In this document: positions 1 to 8,982 of the stretch, in pieces
Layout of the letters: every line of letters begins with the position of its first letter
Position numbering within the stretch: position 1 is the stretch's first letter
Assembly: GCA_041179585.1 (NCBI GenBank)
Contig: JBEGTB010000002.1
Location: forward strand, 1-48,064
Reading direction: 5' to 3'
DNA: 48,064 nt
From: Actinomycetota bacterium
GTDB lineage: Bacteria > Actinomycetota > Actinomycetes > S36-B12 > UBA5976
The notes under the pieces: model-generated
Database searches by the model: none
The model's input: only the letters and a program-made list of their open reading frames with translations
What the model was told of the DNA's origin: nothing
Program-made: the position numbers and the translations under genes

Positions 1-914
1 AGGAATGGGAAATTAAAGCCGGTGTGAAGTTCATCTTCACGTAGGTAACGAGCATTGCGTTCAGCAGGGAAGACCCATGCTTCGGCCACGAATACTTTTG
101 GATCATCGTATTCATCAGCGACCTTGCGCCATTCGCGCCAAACATCATGCAGAGCATCTTGATCCCAGTAAGGATTCTTACTTGTTGGATCGCCATCTTT
201 AAGTTCAGGACAGTCCGGGTATCCAGGTGTTTTTGCTAAGCCGTGAGCTACGTCAATGCGGAATCCATTAATACCTTTGTCGAACCAGAAGCGAAGTGTT
301 TGGCGGAAGTCTGCGCGAACTTCTTCGTTAGTCCAATCTAAATCTGGTTGTGATTTATCAAAGATGTGTAAGTACCACCAACCAGTTGGTTTGCCATCAG
401 CATCTTTTAGCTGTGTCCAAGATGGACCAGTGAAACAACTTTCCCAATTATTTGGTTCGCTCTTGCCACCATCTTGACCACGAAGTAGGTGATACCTCGC
501 CCATGGTCCTTCGGCGTAACGTGCTTTAGCTGGAACGCTTGGGTCATCTGAAGGAGCAGCTGCAAGTGCTTCTTTGAACCATGGGTGATCCCAGGAAGTG
601 TGGTTTGGCACGATGTCGATCAGCATCTTGATTCCTGCTGCATGCAGATCAGCAATTAAGCCATCGATGTCAGAAAGTTTTCCAAAGATCGGTTCAACGT
701 CGCGGTAATTAGAAACGTCGTAACCAGCATCAAGCATTGGGGATGGGTAGTGCGGACTTAACCACACCGCATCAATGCCTAGTTCTTTTAAGTAAGGGAC
801 TTTGGTGCGAATACCCGGAATGTCACCTATGCCATCGTTGCTGGCATCTGCGTATGAACGTGGATAAATCTGATAAACGACGGCTTCGCGCCACCAGTCT
901 TTACTTCTCAACAT
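1..914 (-). CDS. GH13 alpha-glucosidase / oligo-1,6-glucosidase family, partial (C-terminus runs off the window)
   Basis: My reverse-strand translation from ATG at 914 reads MLRSKDWWREAVVYQIYPRSYADASNDGIGDIPGI...DAVWLSP...IKMLIDIVPNHTS...GFRIDVAHG. These are the GH13 conserved regions I and II. The frame stays open to position 1. It is missing from the ORF track because it is truncated. Confidence 0.8.
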   Translation of the reverse strand, partial: MLRSKDWWREAVVYQIYPRSYADASNDGIGDIPGIRTKVPYLKELGIDAVWLSPHYPSPMLDAGYDVSNYRDVEPIFGKLSDIDGLIADLHAAGIKMLIDIVPNHTSWDHPWFKEALAAAPSDDPSVPAKARYAEGPWARYHLLRGQDGGKSEPNNWESCFTGPSWTQLKDADGKPTGWWYLHIFDKSQPDLDWTNEEVRADFRQTLRFWFDKGINGFRIDVAHGLAKTPGYPDCPELKDGDPTSKNPYWDQDALHDVWREWRKVADEYDDPKVFVAEAWVFPAERNARYLREDELHTGFNFPF

Positions 915-961
915 GAATTCAATTCTGGCCTACAGCCCGCCAAAATCTGCATTTGGGGGGT

Positions 962-1342
962 TTAGTTATCTGGCTGATTAACCAAAGAATGGGCTGCAGT
1001 GACTAAGTAGGTCCAGAGCTGATCTTTTAAATGTGGTTCGATTTCTAATTTGGCTAGGGATTCTGACATGTGACCTAACCAACGATCCCTGGCATCGCCA
1101 TCGATTAGGAAAACATTGTGACGCATACGAAGGCGCGGGTGACCGCGTTCATCAGAATAGGTTGTTGGTCCACCCCAGTACTGAGATAAGAACATAGCTA
1201 ACCGATGGATTGCGCCATCTAAGTTTTCTTCTGGATACATCGGTCTTAAAACTGGATCAGTTTTAATTCCTTCATAAAAACCAGCAACTAGTTTTTCAAA
1301 AAATGGGGCGCCCCCCATTTGTGCATAAAGTGTTGGTTCCAT
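962..1342 (-). CDS. glbO: Group II truncated hemoglobin (trHbO)
   Basis: 126 aa. The N-terminus TLYAQMGGAPFFEKLVAGFYEGIKTDPVLRPMYPEE...HRLAMFLSQYWGGPTTYSDERGHPRLRMRH is typical of 2-on-2 globins of group II. Confidence 0.85.
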   Translation of the reverse strand: MEPTLYAQMGGAPFFEKLVAGFYEGIKTDPVLRPMYPEENLDGAIHRLAMFLSQYWGGPTTYSDERGHPRLRMRHNVFLIDGDARDRWLGHMSESLAKLEIEPHLKDQLWTYLVTAAHSLVNQPDN

Positions 1343-1348
1343 TTTTGG

Positions 1349-1915
1349 TTACTGTGAATGATTAGCGATGCGCAGAACTTCACCGTTGCGCATGTACCAA
1401 ACTATGCCTTCTTTATCGCGAAGCCTTGTTACACGCAGGCCGATTTCTTCAACAGTTCCAATTGCTGGGCCAACATCAATTACATCGCCAACGCCATATT
1501 GATCTTCCAAAATCATGAAAATACCAGCGATGAAATCTTTAACAAGTGTTTGCGCGCCAAAACCAAGTGCCACACCAACAACACCAGCTGATGCCAAAAT
1601 CGGACCAACATCGATACCTAAATTGGAAAGCACCATGATGCCAGCCAAACTCCAAACAGTGCCGGTAATAACACTGCGAAGTAATTGGCTAATGGAACTT
1701 GCGCGCTGTTCATGGCGACTATGGTCAGATTGTTTTTCAACTGATCCTTGCGCGCCATGACGACGTTCGATGCGAAGAGTTAGAGCGCGTTTAATTAATC
1801 GACTTGAAGTGCGGATTAATAAAACTCTGATTAGGGCAGCAAGTAAAACGATTACAGCAATTTTTACTGGTGTTCCTAAAAACCAATCCAGTAGATCGTT
1901 CATCGTTGCCCCCAT
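1349..1915 (-). CDS. Small mechanosensitive ion channel (MscS family), short form
   Basis: 188 aa with N-terminal TM helices. It has a pore-helix-like GVVGVALGFGAQTLVKDFIAGIFMILEDQYGVGDVIDVG...GTVEEIGLRVTRLRDKEG segment (MscS TM3 plus beta domain). It ends right after the beta domain. Confidence 0.7.
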   Translation of the reverse strand: MGATMNDLLDWFLGTPVKIAVIVLLAALIRVLLIRTSSRLIKRALTLRIERRHGAQGSVEKQSDHSRHEQRASSISQLLRSVITGTVWSLAGIMVLSNLGIDVGPILASAGVVGVALGFGAQTLVKDFIAGIFMILEDQYGVGDVIDVGPAIGTVEEIGLRVTRLRDKEGIVWYMRNGEVLRIANHSQ

Positions 1916-1925
1916 TAAGAGTTAA

Positions 1926-4466
1926 TTATTTATCAAATGCTTGGCAGCGAAGTGAACGAGCAACGTTGTCGCGAAGCTCTTTAATTAATCTGGTGGAACC
2001 AGCATCTTTATCACTTGCTAAGAAAGCATCTGCTTTTTTCAGGATATCTTCAGATGCCAATAATGAAGGGAATAGACCAGTTGTTAACGACTGGGCGATT
2101 TCATTAGTACGGCTCTTCCAGATTTCGGTTAATGCTGCAAAGTATTTGTCCACGTATGGCACAAGCAATTCGCGCTGATCTGGTTGAGCAAAGCCACCAA
2201 CAGTTGCATTAAGTAGTGCATTTGGCAGTTCATCTGAATCGACTGCAGCTGCCCAAGCATCAGCTTTTGCTTTTGCCGTTGGCAATGCAGCGCGAGCACT
2301 TGCTGCTTGGCGCTGACCACCAGCGGTGTTATCGCGAGTTAATTCTTCATCGATTGCTGACTCTGGCATTGCGCCAAGAGAGGCAAGCCGAGAAATAAAT
2401 GCCCAACGAAGATCGGTATCAATTGCAAGGCCATTTGGTGCTTTTGAACCATCAAGCCATGACTTTAAAAGATCTGTGTGCTCAGTTGTTCTGGCAAGTG
2501 CGATTACGTTTCTAACAAAAGACAACTGATGATCACTGCCCGCAGGCGCATTAGGTAATTGCTTCAAGATCGCATCAATTAACTGATCGCGGTTTGCATG
2601 ACGCTTCTCTGGATTACCAAACTGTTCAATGGCTGAGCGAGCTTGCAGAAGCAACTGCTGGGTCACACCAATTCCCATATCGACCAGATCGGCATTCATG
2701 ATCATGTTTAAGTAATCAGTTGTTGACATTTCTGCATCGCGGGTCATATCCCAAGCAGCTGCCCAAATAAGAGCTCTTGAAACACTGTCTTCGATCGCAT
2801 CTAAGTTTTCAGCTGCTGTTTTTGCAGACAATTCATCAAGACGAATTTTCACGAAGGTGTAGTCACCATCGTTTAGTAAAAGCAAGTCGCCAGCTGGTTT
2901 TCCAACTAGTTCATTAACTTGGGTCTTAGCACCATCAACATCGATTTCAATTCGATTAGTCCGAACCATTTTGTCGCCAGATTTGTTATAGATACCAATG
3001 CCAATGCGGTGAGGTCTAAGTAATTGCTCAACGCCCTCAGGGGCTGTAGGTGGTTCTTGAATCACGGTGACAGATTTATATACGCCATTTTCAATTACGA
3101 CTTCAGGACGAAGTGTGTTCACGCCAGCTGTTTGTAGCCAACGCTCGGTCCAGTCATGCAGATCGCGACCACTGGCAACTTCTAGTTCAGTAAGCAAGTC
3201 TGCAAGTTCTGTATTGCCCCAGGCATATTTCTTGAAGTAAGTGCGGATGCCAGCGAAGAATTTATCTTCACCAACCCAAGCGACTAATTGGCGAAGTGCA
3301 GATGCACCCTTGGCATAAGTAATGCCATCAAAATTAACTTCAACTGCGTCAAGGTCAACCATGTCAGCCACAATCGGGTGAGTGGTTGGAAGTTGATCTT
3401 GACGGTATCCCCAAGCTTTGCGCTGGTTAACAAAGTTGGTCCATGCCTCGGTGTATTTAGTTGCACTAACGCTTGCATGGTGGGCGGCCCATTCAGCAAA
3501 ACTTTCGTTAAGCCAAAGGTCATCCCACCACTTCATGGTGACTAGATCGCCAAACCACATATGAGCCATTTCGTGCAGCACTGTGTTGGCGCGCTGCTCA
3601 TATGCAGCTTGGGTTACCTTTGAGCGGAACACATAATCTTCGTGGTGAGTAACACAACCAGCATTTTCCATCGCGCCAGCATTGAATTCTGGAACGAATA
3701 GCTGATCGTATTTACCAAACGGGTAACCAGTTTCAAAGGCATCTTCGAAATACTTGAAACCTTCTTTGGTCACAGTGAATAAATCATCCGGATCTAAATA
3801 CTCAGCAAGTGATTTACGACAGAACAGACCAAGTGGGTAGGTGCCGTACTTACCTTTATATTCATCGCGAACTTCGTGATAAGGACCTGCCACGATGGCA
3901 GTTATATAAGTAGAGATCAGATGACTTGGGGCGAATTCGTATTTAAGTGCGCCTTCGCCTGCTGGCATTCCTTGTGGCGTTGGACTGTTACTTTGAACTT
4001 TCCAGTGAGCTGGGGCGGTCACGGTGAATTGGTAAGTTGCTTTTTGATCTGGCTGGTCAAAGCAGGCAAATACGCGGCGAGCATCTGCGATTTCAAACTG
4101 ACTATATAAATAGACTTCGTCATCAACTGGATCGATGAAGCGGTGCAGACCTTCGCCGGAATTCATGTATTTGGATTCGCCAACAACTACAAGAGTGTTG
4201 TGGCTAGCAAGTCCAGTTAAGTGAATGCGGAAACCGTCATGATTTGAAAGGTCAACGGCCTGGCCGTTTAGTTCAATGCTGATTACTTTCGGGGCGATGT
4301 AATCAACCCAAGTTGAATTACCGTCACGTCCTGCAAAGTGAATTGTGGTCTTGCTTGGGAAGTTATCCCCGCGGCCAGTTAAGTCCAGTTCGATTTCATA
4401 AGACTTGGCGGTAACTACAGCTGAGCGCTGGGTGGCTTCAAGGCGGGTGATATTTGTGCCAGACAA
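1926..4466 (-). CDS. pepN: Aminopeptidase N (M1 family)
   Basis: 846 aa with GAMEN motif (FNAGAMENAG) and zinc motif HEMAHMWFGD...WLNESFAEW. TTG start is preceded by AGGAGA with 5-nt spacing. Confidence 0.93.
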   Translation of the reverse strand: MSGTNITRLEATQRSAVVTAKSYEIELDLTGRGDNFPSKTTIHFAGRDGNSTWVDYIAPKVISIELNGQAVDLSNHDGFRIHLTGLASHNTLVVVGESKYMNSGEGLHRFIDPVDDEVYLYSQFEIADARRVFACFDQPDQKATYQFTVTAPAHWKVQSNSPTPQGMPAGEGALKYEFAPSHLISTYITAIVAGPYHEVRDEYKGKYGTYPLGLFCRKSLAEYLDPDDLFTVTKEGFKYFEDAFETGYPFGKYDQLFVPEFNAGAMENAGCVTHHEDYVFRSKVTQAAYEQRANTVLHEMAHMWFGDLVTMKWWDDLWLNESFAEWAAHHASVSATKYTEAWTNFVNQRKAWGYRQDQLPTTHPIVADMVDLDAVEVNFDGITYAKGASALRQLVAWVGEDKFFAGIRTYFKKYAWGNTELADLLTELEVASGRDLHDWTERWLQTAGVNTLRPEVVIENGVYKSVTVIQEPPTAPEGVEQLLRPHRIGIGIYNKSGDKMVRTNRIEIDVDGAKTQVNELVGKPAGDLLLLNDGDYTFVKIRLDELSAKTAAENLDAIEDSVSRALIWAAAWDMTRDAEMSTTDYLNMIMNADLVDMGIGVTQQLLLQARSAIEQFGNPEKRHANRDQLIDAILKQLPNAPAGSDHQLSFVRNVIALARTTEHTDLLKSWLDGSKAPNGLAIDTDLRWAFISRLASLGAMPESAIDEELTRDNTAGGQRQAASARAALPTAKAKADAWAAAVDSDELPNALLNATVGGFAQPDQRELLVPYVDKYFAALTEIWKSRTNEIAQSLTTGLFPSLLASEDILKKADAFLASDKDAGSTRLIKELRDNVARSLRCQAFDK

Positions 4467-4484
4467 AAGTTCTCCTAATTAAAA

Positions 4485-4558
4485 TGGAGCGGGTGACCGG
4501 GATCGAACCGGCATGGCCAGCTTGGAAGGCTGGGGCTCTACCATTGAGCTACACCCGC
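4485..4558 (-). tRNA. tRNA-Gly (anticodon UCC), CCA encoded
   Basis: The reverse complement GCGGGTGTAGCTCAATGGTAGAGCCCCAGCCTTCCAAGCTGGCCATGCCGGTTCGATCCCGGTCACCCGCTCCA folds as a cloverleaf. The anticodon loop is CTTCCAA. Confidence 0.93.
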
Positions 4559-4627
4559 ATAAATCTGCCTTTGGCAAACCTCGAATTTAGATTATCGCAT
4601 TATTTCCAATAGACTTCATCAGGTCGT

Positions 4628-4703
4628 CGGGGCGTAGCGTAGTGGCTAGCGCGTCTGCTTTGGGAGCAGAAGACCGAGAGTTCGAGTCTCTCCGCCCCGA
4701 CCA
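4628..4703 (+). tRNA. tRNA-Pro (anticodon UGG), CCA encoded
   Basis: CGGGGCGTAGCGTAGTGGCTAGCGCGTCTGCTTTGGGAGCAGAAGACCGAGAGTTCGAGTCTCTCCGCCCCGACCA. The acceptor stem is CGGGGCG/CGCCCCG, the anticodon loop TTTGGGA and the T-loop TTCGAGT. Confidence 0.93.
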
Positions 4704-4741
4704 TTAATTTTTTAAATAGCACGTTAATTAATAGGAGACCT

Positions 4742-6076
4742 GTGAAAAGCGCAGTCGAAACCCTTTCCCCAACCCGCGTAAAAATCACGGTTGAAGTTCC
4801 ATTTTCTGAATTATCAGAAAGTATGAATGTTGCTTACGAGCGCATTGCAAAGAGCGTTAACATCCCAGGTTTCCGTAAAGGCAAAATTCCACCACGCATT
4901 ATCGATCAGCGCTTTGGTCGCGGGGCAGTACTTGAAGAAGCTGTTAACGATGCAATTCCAAGCACACTTGCCAAAGCTCTAGTTGAAAACAAAGTTTCAC
5001 AGCTTGGTCGCCCAGAAGTTGATGTCACCAAGATTGATGAATCAGAAGGCCTTGTTTACACAGCTGAACTAGACATCCGTCCAGAATTTGATCTACCAAA
5101 ATTTGAAGACCTAAAAGTTGTGGTTGATAACCCAGATGTCACTGATGATCAGGTTGAAGAACAGCTAAAGGATCTTCGTGCTCGCTTTGGCTCCCTAAAG
5201 CAAGTTGAACGCGAAGCTGCCGATGGTGACATCGTGATGATCGATCTTCGTGGAACCCACGATGGCCAAGAAGTTGAAGACATTGCAGCTAATGCGATGA
5301 GCTACGAACTTGGCTCAGATGGCATGGTTCCTGGTTTTGATGACGCGGTTCGCGGTGCAAAAGCGCAAGATGTTCGAACATTCGTTTTCACCCCAACTAA
5401 CGGAGCTTGGACAGATAAGGCAATCGAAGTTGAAGTCACAGTGCGCTCAGTTCGTGAACGCGAACTTCCAGCAGCAGATGATGAATTTGCAAAGCTAGCA
5501 AGTGAATTCGACACCATTGCCGAACTTCGCGATGACATCCGCACTCGTCTTGGCCGGCTTCGTTTAGTTGAACAGGCTTACCAAGCCCGCGATCTAACCC
5601 ATGATGCTTTGATGGAAGCTGTGAAAGTTGAAGTTCCAGAAGGTGTGGTCAAAGAAGAAATCGATGCGCATTTTGCTGATGGTCATGGCGATGATGCTCA
5701 CAAGGGTGAATTTGAACAAACAACTCGCTCAGGCTTTAAGAGCCGCATGATCTTAGACAAGATCGCTGAAGAACAAGATGTTCAAGTTAACGATGCTGAA
5801 CTTTCACAGTGGTTAATCAACGAAGCGCAGCGCTATGGCATGGCCCCAGATCAGTTCGCAGATCAACTTGTGCAAAATGGACAGGTTCAAGGCGCGATCG
5901 CTGAAGTTCGTCGCGTAAAGGCACTTTCAATTGTGCTTGAAAGCGTTCAAGTAACTGATAAGTCTGGTAACAAAGTTGATCTTGAATCAGTACTAAAGCC
6001 AAACCAGTCAGTTGAAGAATTCATCTCAGATTTCGCAAGCGATTCTGACGAAGAAAACTTCGAAGCTGACGAATAA
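4742..6076 (+). CDS. tig: Trigger factor
   Basis: 444 aa with N-terminus MKSAVETLSPTRVKITVEVPF and GFRKGKIP ribosome-binding signature. It sits upstream of clpP1P2-clpX as in other actinobacteria. GTG start follows AGGAG. Confidence 0.93.
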   Translation: MKSAVETLSPTRVKITVEVPFSELSESMNVAYERIAKSVNIPGFRKGKIPPRIIDQRFGRGAVLEEAVNDAIPSTLAKALVENKVSQLGRPEVDVTKIDESEGLVYTAELDIRPEFDLPKFEDLKVVVDNPDVTDDQVEEQLKDLRARFGSLKQVEREAADGDIVMIDLRGTHDGQEVEDIAANAMSYELGSDGMVPGFDDAVRGAKAQDVRTFVFTPTNGAWTDKAIEVEVTVRSVRERELPAADDEFAKLASEFDTIAELRDDIRTRLGRLRLVEQAYQARDLTHDALMEAVKVEVPEGVVKEEIDAHFADGHGDDAHKGEFEQTTRSGFKSRMILDKIAEEQDVQVNDAELSQWLINEAQRYGMAPDQFADQLVQNGQVQGAIAEVRRVKALSIVLESVQVTDKSGNKVDLESVLKPNQSVEEFISDFASDSDEENFEADE

Positions 6077-6236
6077 GCCAGCACTACAGCACTACAGCGC
6101 TGACTTAATTTCTTCATCCAAATAATCGGCTTCGGGCTTACTTTTTACCTTTAGAGCGAACATGGGCAGGTCTGACTGCACTTTTGGCGCACCCCTCATT
6201 TAGGGTTAAGGCATCACAAGAATTCAAGGAGACATC

Positions 6237-6872
6237 TTGAGCGGTATCCAAGTACCAGAGCTTGAAGTTCCAAGCATGCGAACTCCAGCACCAAATGGTC
6301 AAGGTTTTGGCGACTCAGTTTTCCAGCGCCTATTACAAGATCGAATTATCTTCCTTGGTTCCCAAGTTGAAGATCAGATGGCTAACACCATCTGTGCTCA
6401 GATCTTGCTACTAGCTGCTGAAGATCCAGAAAAAGATATTTTCCTTTACATCAACTCACCAGGTGGATCAGTAAGTGCCGGTATGGCAATTTATGACACC
6501 ATGCAGTTTGTTAAGAACGATGTGGCAACTGTTGCCATGGGTCTTGCGGCATCAATGGGTCAGTTCTTACTTTGTGCTGGCGCACCAGGCAAGCGCTACT
6601 CACTTCCACACGCTCGCATCATGATGCACCAACCTTCAGGTGGCATCGGCGGTACTGCATCAGATATTCAAATTCAAGCCGAACAAATGATGTATACCAA
6701 GACCAAGATGGCTGAACTAATTGCCGAACACACTGGCCAATCAGTTTCCACCATCACTGAAGATTCAGACCGGGACCGCTGGTTTACCGCAACTGAAGCA
6801 AAAGATTACGGATTTGTTGACCACGTTGTGCGCAGTGCTCGCGACGTAGCAGGCGAAGGCGGTACCGCATAA
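6237..6872 (+). CDS. clpP1: ATP-dependent Clp protease proteolytic subunit 1
   Basis: 211 aa. The Ser/His/Asp context is [26 protein letters not shown] start is 6 nt after AAGGAG. It is the first of two tandem clpP genes. Confidence 0.92.
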   Translation: MSGIQVPELEVPSMRTPAPNGQGFGDSVFQRLLQDRIIFLGSQVEDQMANTICAQILLLAAEDPEKDIFLYINSPGGSVSAGMAIYDTMQFVKNDVATVAMGLAASMGQFLLCAGAPGKRYSLPHARIMMHQPSGGIGGTASDIQIQAEQMMYTKTKMAELIAEHTGQSVSTITEDSDRDRWFTATEAKDYGFVDHVVRSARDVAGEGGTA

Positions 6873-7495
6873 TGACAAATTTTGATTACTCACCTCAGGC
6901 TCGTTACATCCTGCCTAGTTACATCGAACGCACCCCACAAGGCATTCGTGAATACAACCCTTATGCCAAGTTGTTCGAAGAGCGCATTATTTTCCTAGGC
7001 GTTCAGATTGATGACGCTTCAGCAGATGATGTGATGGCTCAGCTACTAGTGCTTGAGTCACTTGACCCAGATCGCGATATTCAGATTTATATCAACTCCC
7101 CAGGTGGCTCGTACACCGCGATGACTGCAATTTATGACACTATGCAGTTCGTTAAGTGCGACATCCAGACTGTTTGTTTGGGCCAGGCTGCATCAGCTGC
7201 TTCAGTATTATTAGCAGCTGGCACACCAGGGAAGCGTTACGCACTTCCACACGCTCGCGTACTTATCCATCAGCCATACACCGAAGGTGGCGGCCAAGGA
7301 TCTGATATCGAAATCCAAGCACGCGAAATTTTACGCATGCGCGATGAAATGGAAACTATCTTTTCAAAGCACACCGGCAAACCAGTTGATGAAATCCGTC
7401 GCGATATCGAACGCGACAAGATTTTGACCGCAGACCAAGCCAAGGAATACGGCATCATCGACCAGGTTCTAGCCACCCGTGTACCGCTTAAGTAA
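6872..7495 (+). CDS. clpP2: ATP-dependent Clp protease proteolytic subunit 2
   Basis: 207 aa with [22 protein letters not shown]. Its start overlaps the clpP1 stop (TAATG). Confidence 0.92.
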   Translation: MTNFDYSPQARYILPSYIERTPQGIREYNPYAKLFEERIIFLGVQIDDASADDVMAQLLVLESLDPDRDIQIYINSPGGSYTAMTAIYDTMQFVKCDIQTVCLGQAASAASVLLAAGTPGKRYALPHARVLIHQPYTEGGGQGSDIEIQAREILRMRDEMETIFSKHTGKPVDEIRRDIERDKILTADQAKEYGIIDQVLATRVPLK

Positions 7496-7696
7496 TCAAG
7501 GCTGGTCACAAGCGAACAAACTTGCTGGTGTTGCAAAGAAAATGTGCAAATAAATCAAGGCAAGTTCAATTACACATTTGTAATTCGGCGCGCGCTGGGC
7601 GTTTAATCCAACGGATTGTCGGTTAATCGAGATATCGTTATTTAGCGCCCGAGCCCGTCGGGTACACACTTTATTCCCCCAGGAGGTGCGTTCACC

Positions 7697-8977
7697 ATGG
7701 CTCGAATTGGCGAAGGTGGCGACCTGTTGAAGTGTTCGTTTTGTGGAAAGAGCCAAAAGCAAGTTAAGAAATTAATTGCTGGACCTGGCGTCTACATCTG
7801 CGACGAGTGCATCGACCTTTGTAATGAAATCATCGAAGAAGAGCTCGGCGAAAGCGTAAACCTTGGTTGGGATGAACTTCCTAAGCCACGTGAAATCTAC
7901 TCATTCTTAGATCAATACGTAATTGGTCAGGAAGTTGCGAAGCGGGCACTTTCAGTTGCGGTCTATAACCACTACAAGCGCGTTCAAGCTGGGGCAAATC
8001 AATCACCTCGTGAAGATGCTGTTGAACTAGCTAAATCAAATATTTTGTTACTTGGCCCAACCGGTTCAGGTAAAACCCTTCTAGCCCAAACCCTGGCTCG
8101 CATGCTTAATGTGCCATTTGCGATTGCAGATGCCACAGCATTAACCGAAGCAGGTTATGTTGGCGAAGATGTTGAAAACATCCTTTTAAAACTAATTCAA
8201 GCTGCTGACTATGACGTCAAAAAAGCTGAAACCGGCATTATTTATATCGATGAAATCGACAAGGTGGCTCGCAAGAGTGAAAACCCATCGATTACTCGCG
8301 ATGTATCTGGCGAAGGCGTTCAGCAAGCACTACTAAAGATTCTTGAAGGCACAACAGCTTCTGTTCCACCACAAGGTGGTCGCAAGCACCCACACCAAGA
8401 ATTTATTCAAATTGATACCAGCAATGTGCTATTCATCGTTGGTGGTGCGTTCGCTGGTCTTGATGAAATCATTCGTCAGCGCATCGGCAAGAAGGCACTT
8501 GGCTTCACTGCAACAGTTGAAGTTGATGACATGAGCGAAACAGACATTTTCTCGCATGTAATGCCAGAAGATATGTTGAAGTTTGGCATGATTCCAGAAT
8601 TCATTGGCCGTCTTCCAGTTTTCACATCAGTTGCCCAGCTTGATCAAAAAGCACTAGTTGCAGTTTTGACTGAACCGAAAAACGCTTTAGTTCGTCAGTA
8701 TCAAAAACTATTTGATCTAGATGGCGTTGAACTTGAATTCACCACTGACGCGCTTGAAGCAGTTGCGGATCAGGCGATTCTTCGCGGGACAGGTGCTCGT
8801 GGCCTTCGCGCGATTATGGAAGAAGTACTGCAGCCAGTTATGTATGACATTCCAAGTCGTGAAGATGTTGCTCGCGTAGTAATTAATCGCGAAGTAGTGC
8901 TTAAGAACGTCAACCCAACGCTAATTCCACGCGAAGTGCCAAGTGCAAAGCGCGTACCTAAGGAAAAATCAGCGTAA
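7697..8977 (+). CDS. clpX: ATP-dependent Clp protease ATP-binding subunit ClpX
   Basis: 426 aa with zinc finger CSFCGK...CDEC, Walker A GPTGSGKT and Walker [18 protein letters not shown] lies upstream. Confidence 0.95.
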   Translation: MARIGEGGDLLKCSFCGKSQKQVKKLIAGPGVYICDECIDLCNEIIEEELGESVNLGWDELPKPREIYSFLDQYVIGQEVAKRALSVAVYNHYKRVQAGANQSPREDAVELAKSNILLLGPTGSGKTLLAQTLARMLNVPFAIADATALTEAGYVGEDVENILLKLIQAADYDVKKAETGIIYIDEIDKVARKSENPSITRDVSGEGVQQALLKILEGTTASVPPQGGRKHPHQEFIQIDTSNVLFIVGGAFAGLDEIIRQRIGKKALGFTATVEVDDMSETDIFSHVMPEDMLKFGMIPEFIGRLPVFTSVAQLDQKALVAVLTEPKNALVRQYQKLFDLDGVELEFTTDALEAVADQAILRGTGARGLRAIMEEVLQPVMYDIPSREDVARVVINREVVLKNVNPTLIPREVPSAKRVPKEKSA

Positions 8978-8982
8978 TTTGA

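Noticed and set aside
256-477. 73-aa plus-strand ORF at the left edge
   Set aside because: It is antisense to the clearly coding GH13 glucosidase frame, whose motifs run continuously from 914 to 1.
4600-4788. 62-aa ORF on the minus strand overlapping tRNA-Pro and the tig start
   Set aside because: It overlaps a well-folded tRNA gene and the tig RBS. Nothing supports it as coding.
6080-6101. Tandem AGCACTAC-AGCACTAC-AGCGCT just after the tig stop
   Set aside because: It has only about 2.5 copies of an 8-mer, no complementary arm to form a hairpin and no T-tract. That is too little to call a repeat element or terminator.
7496-7762. 88-aa minus-strand ORF spanning the clpX leader and start
   Set aside because: It overlaps the clpX start and SD, has no SD of its own and has no recognisable domain. 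The leader is better treated as non-coding.
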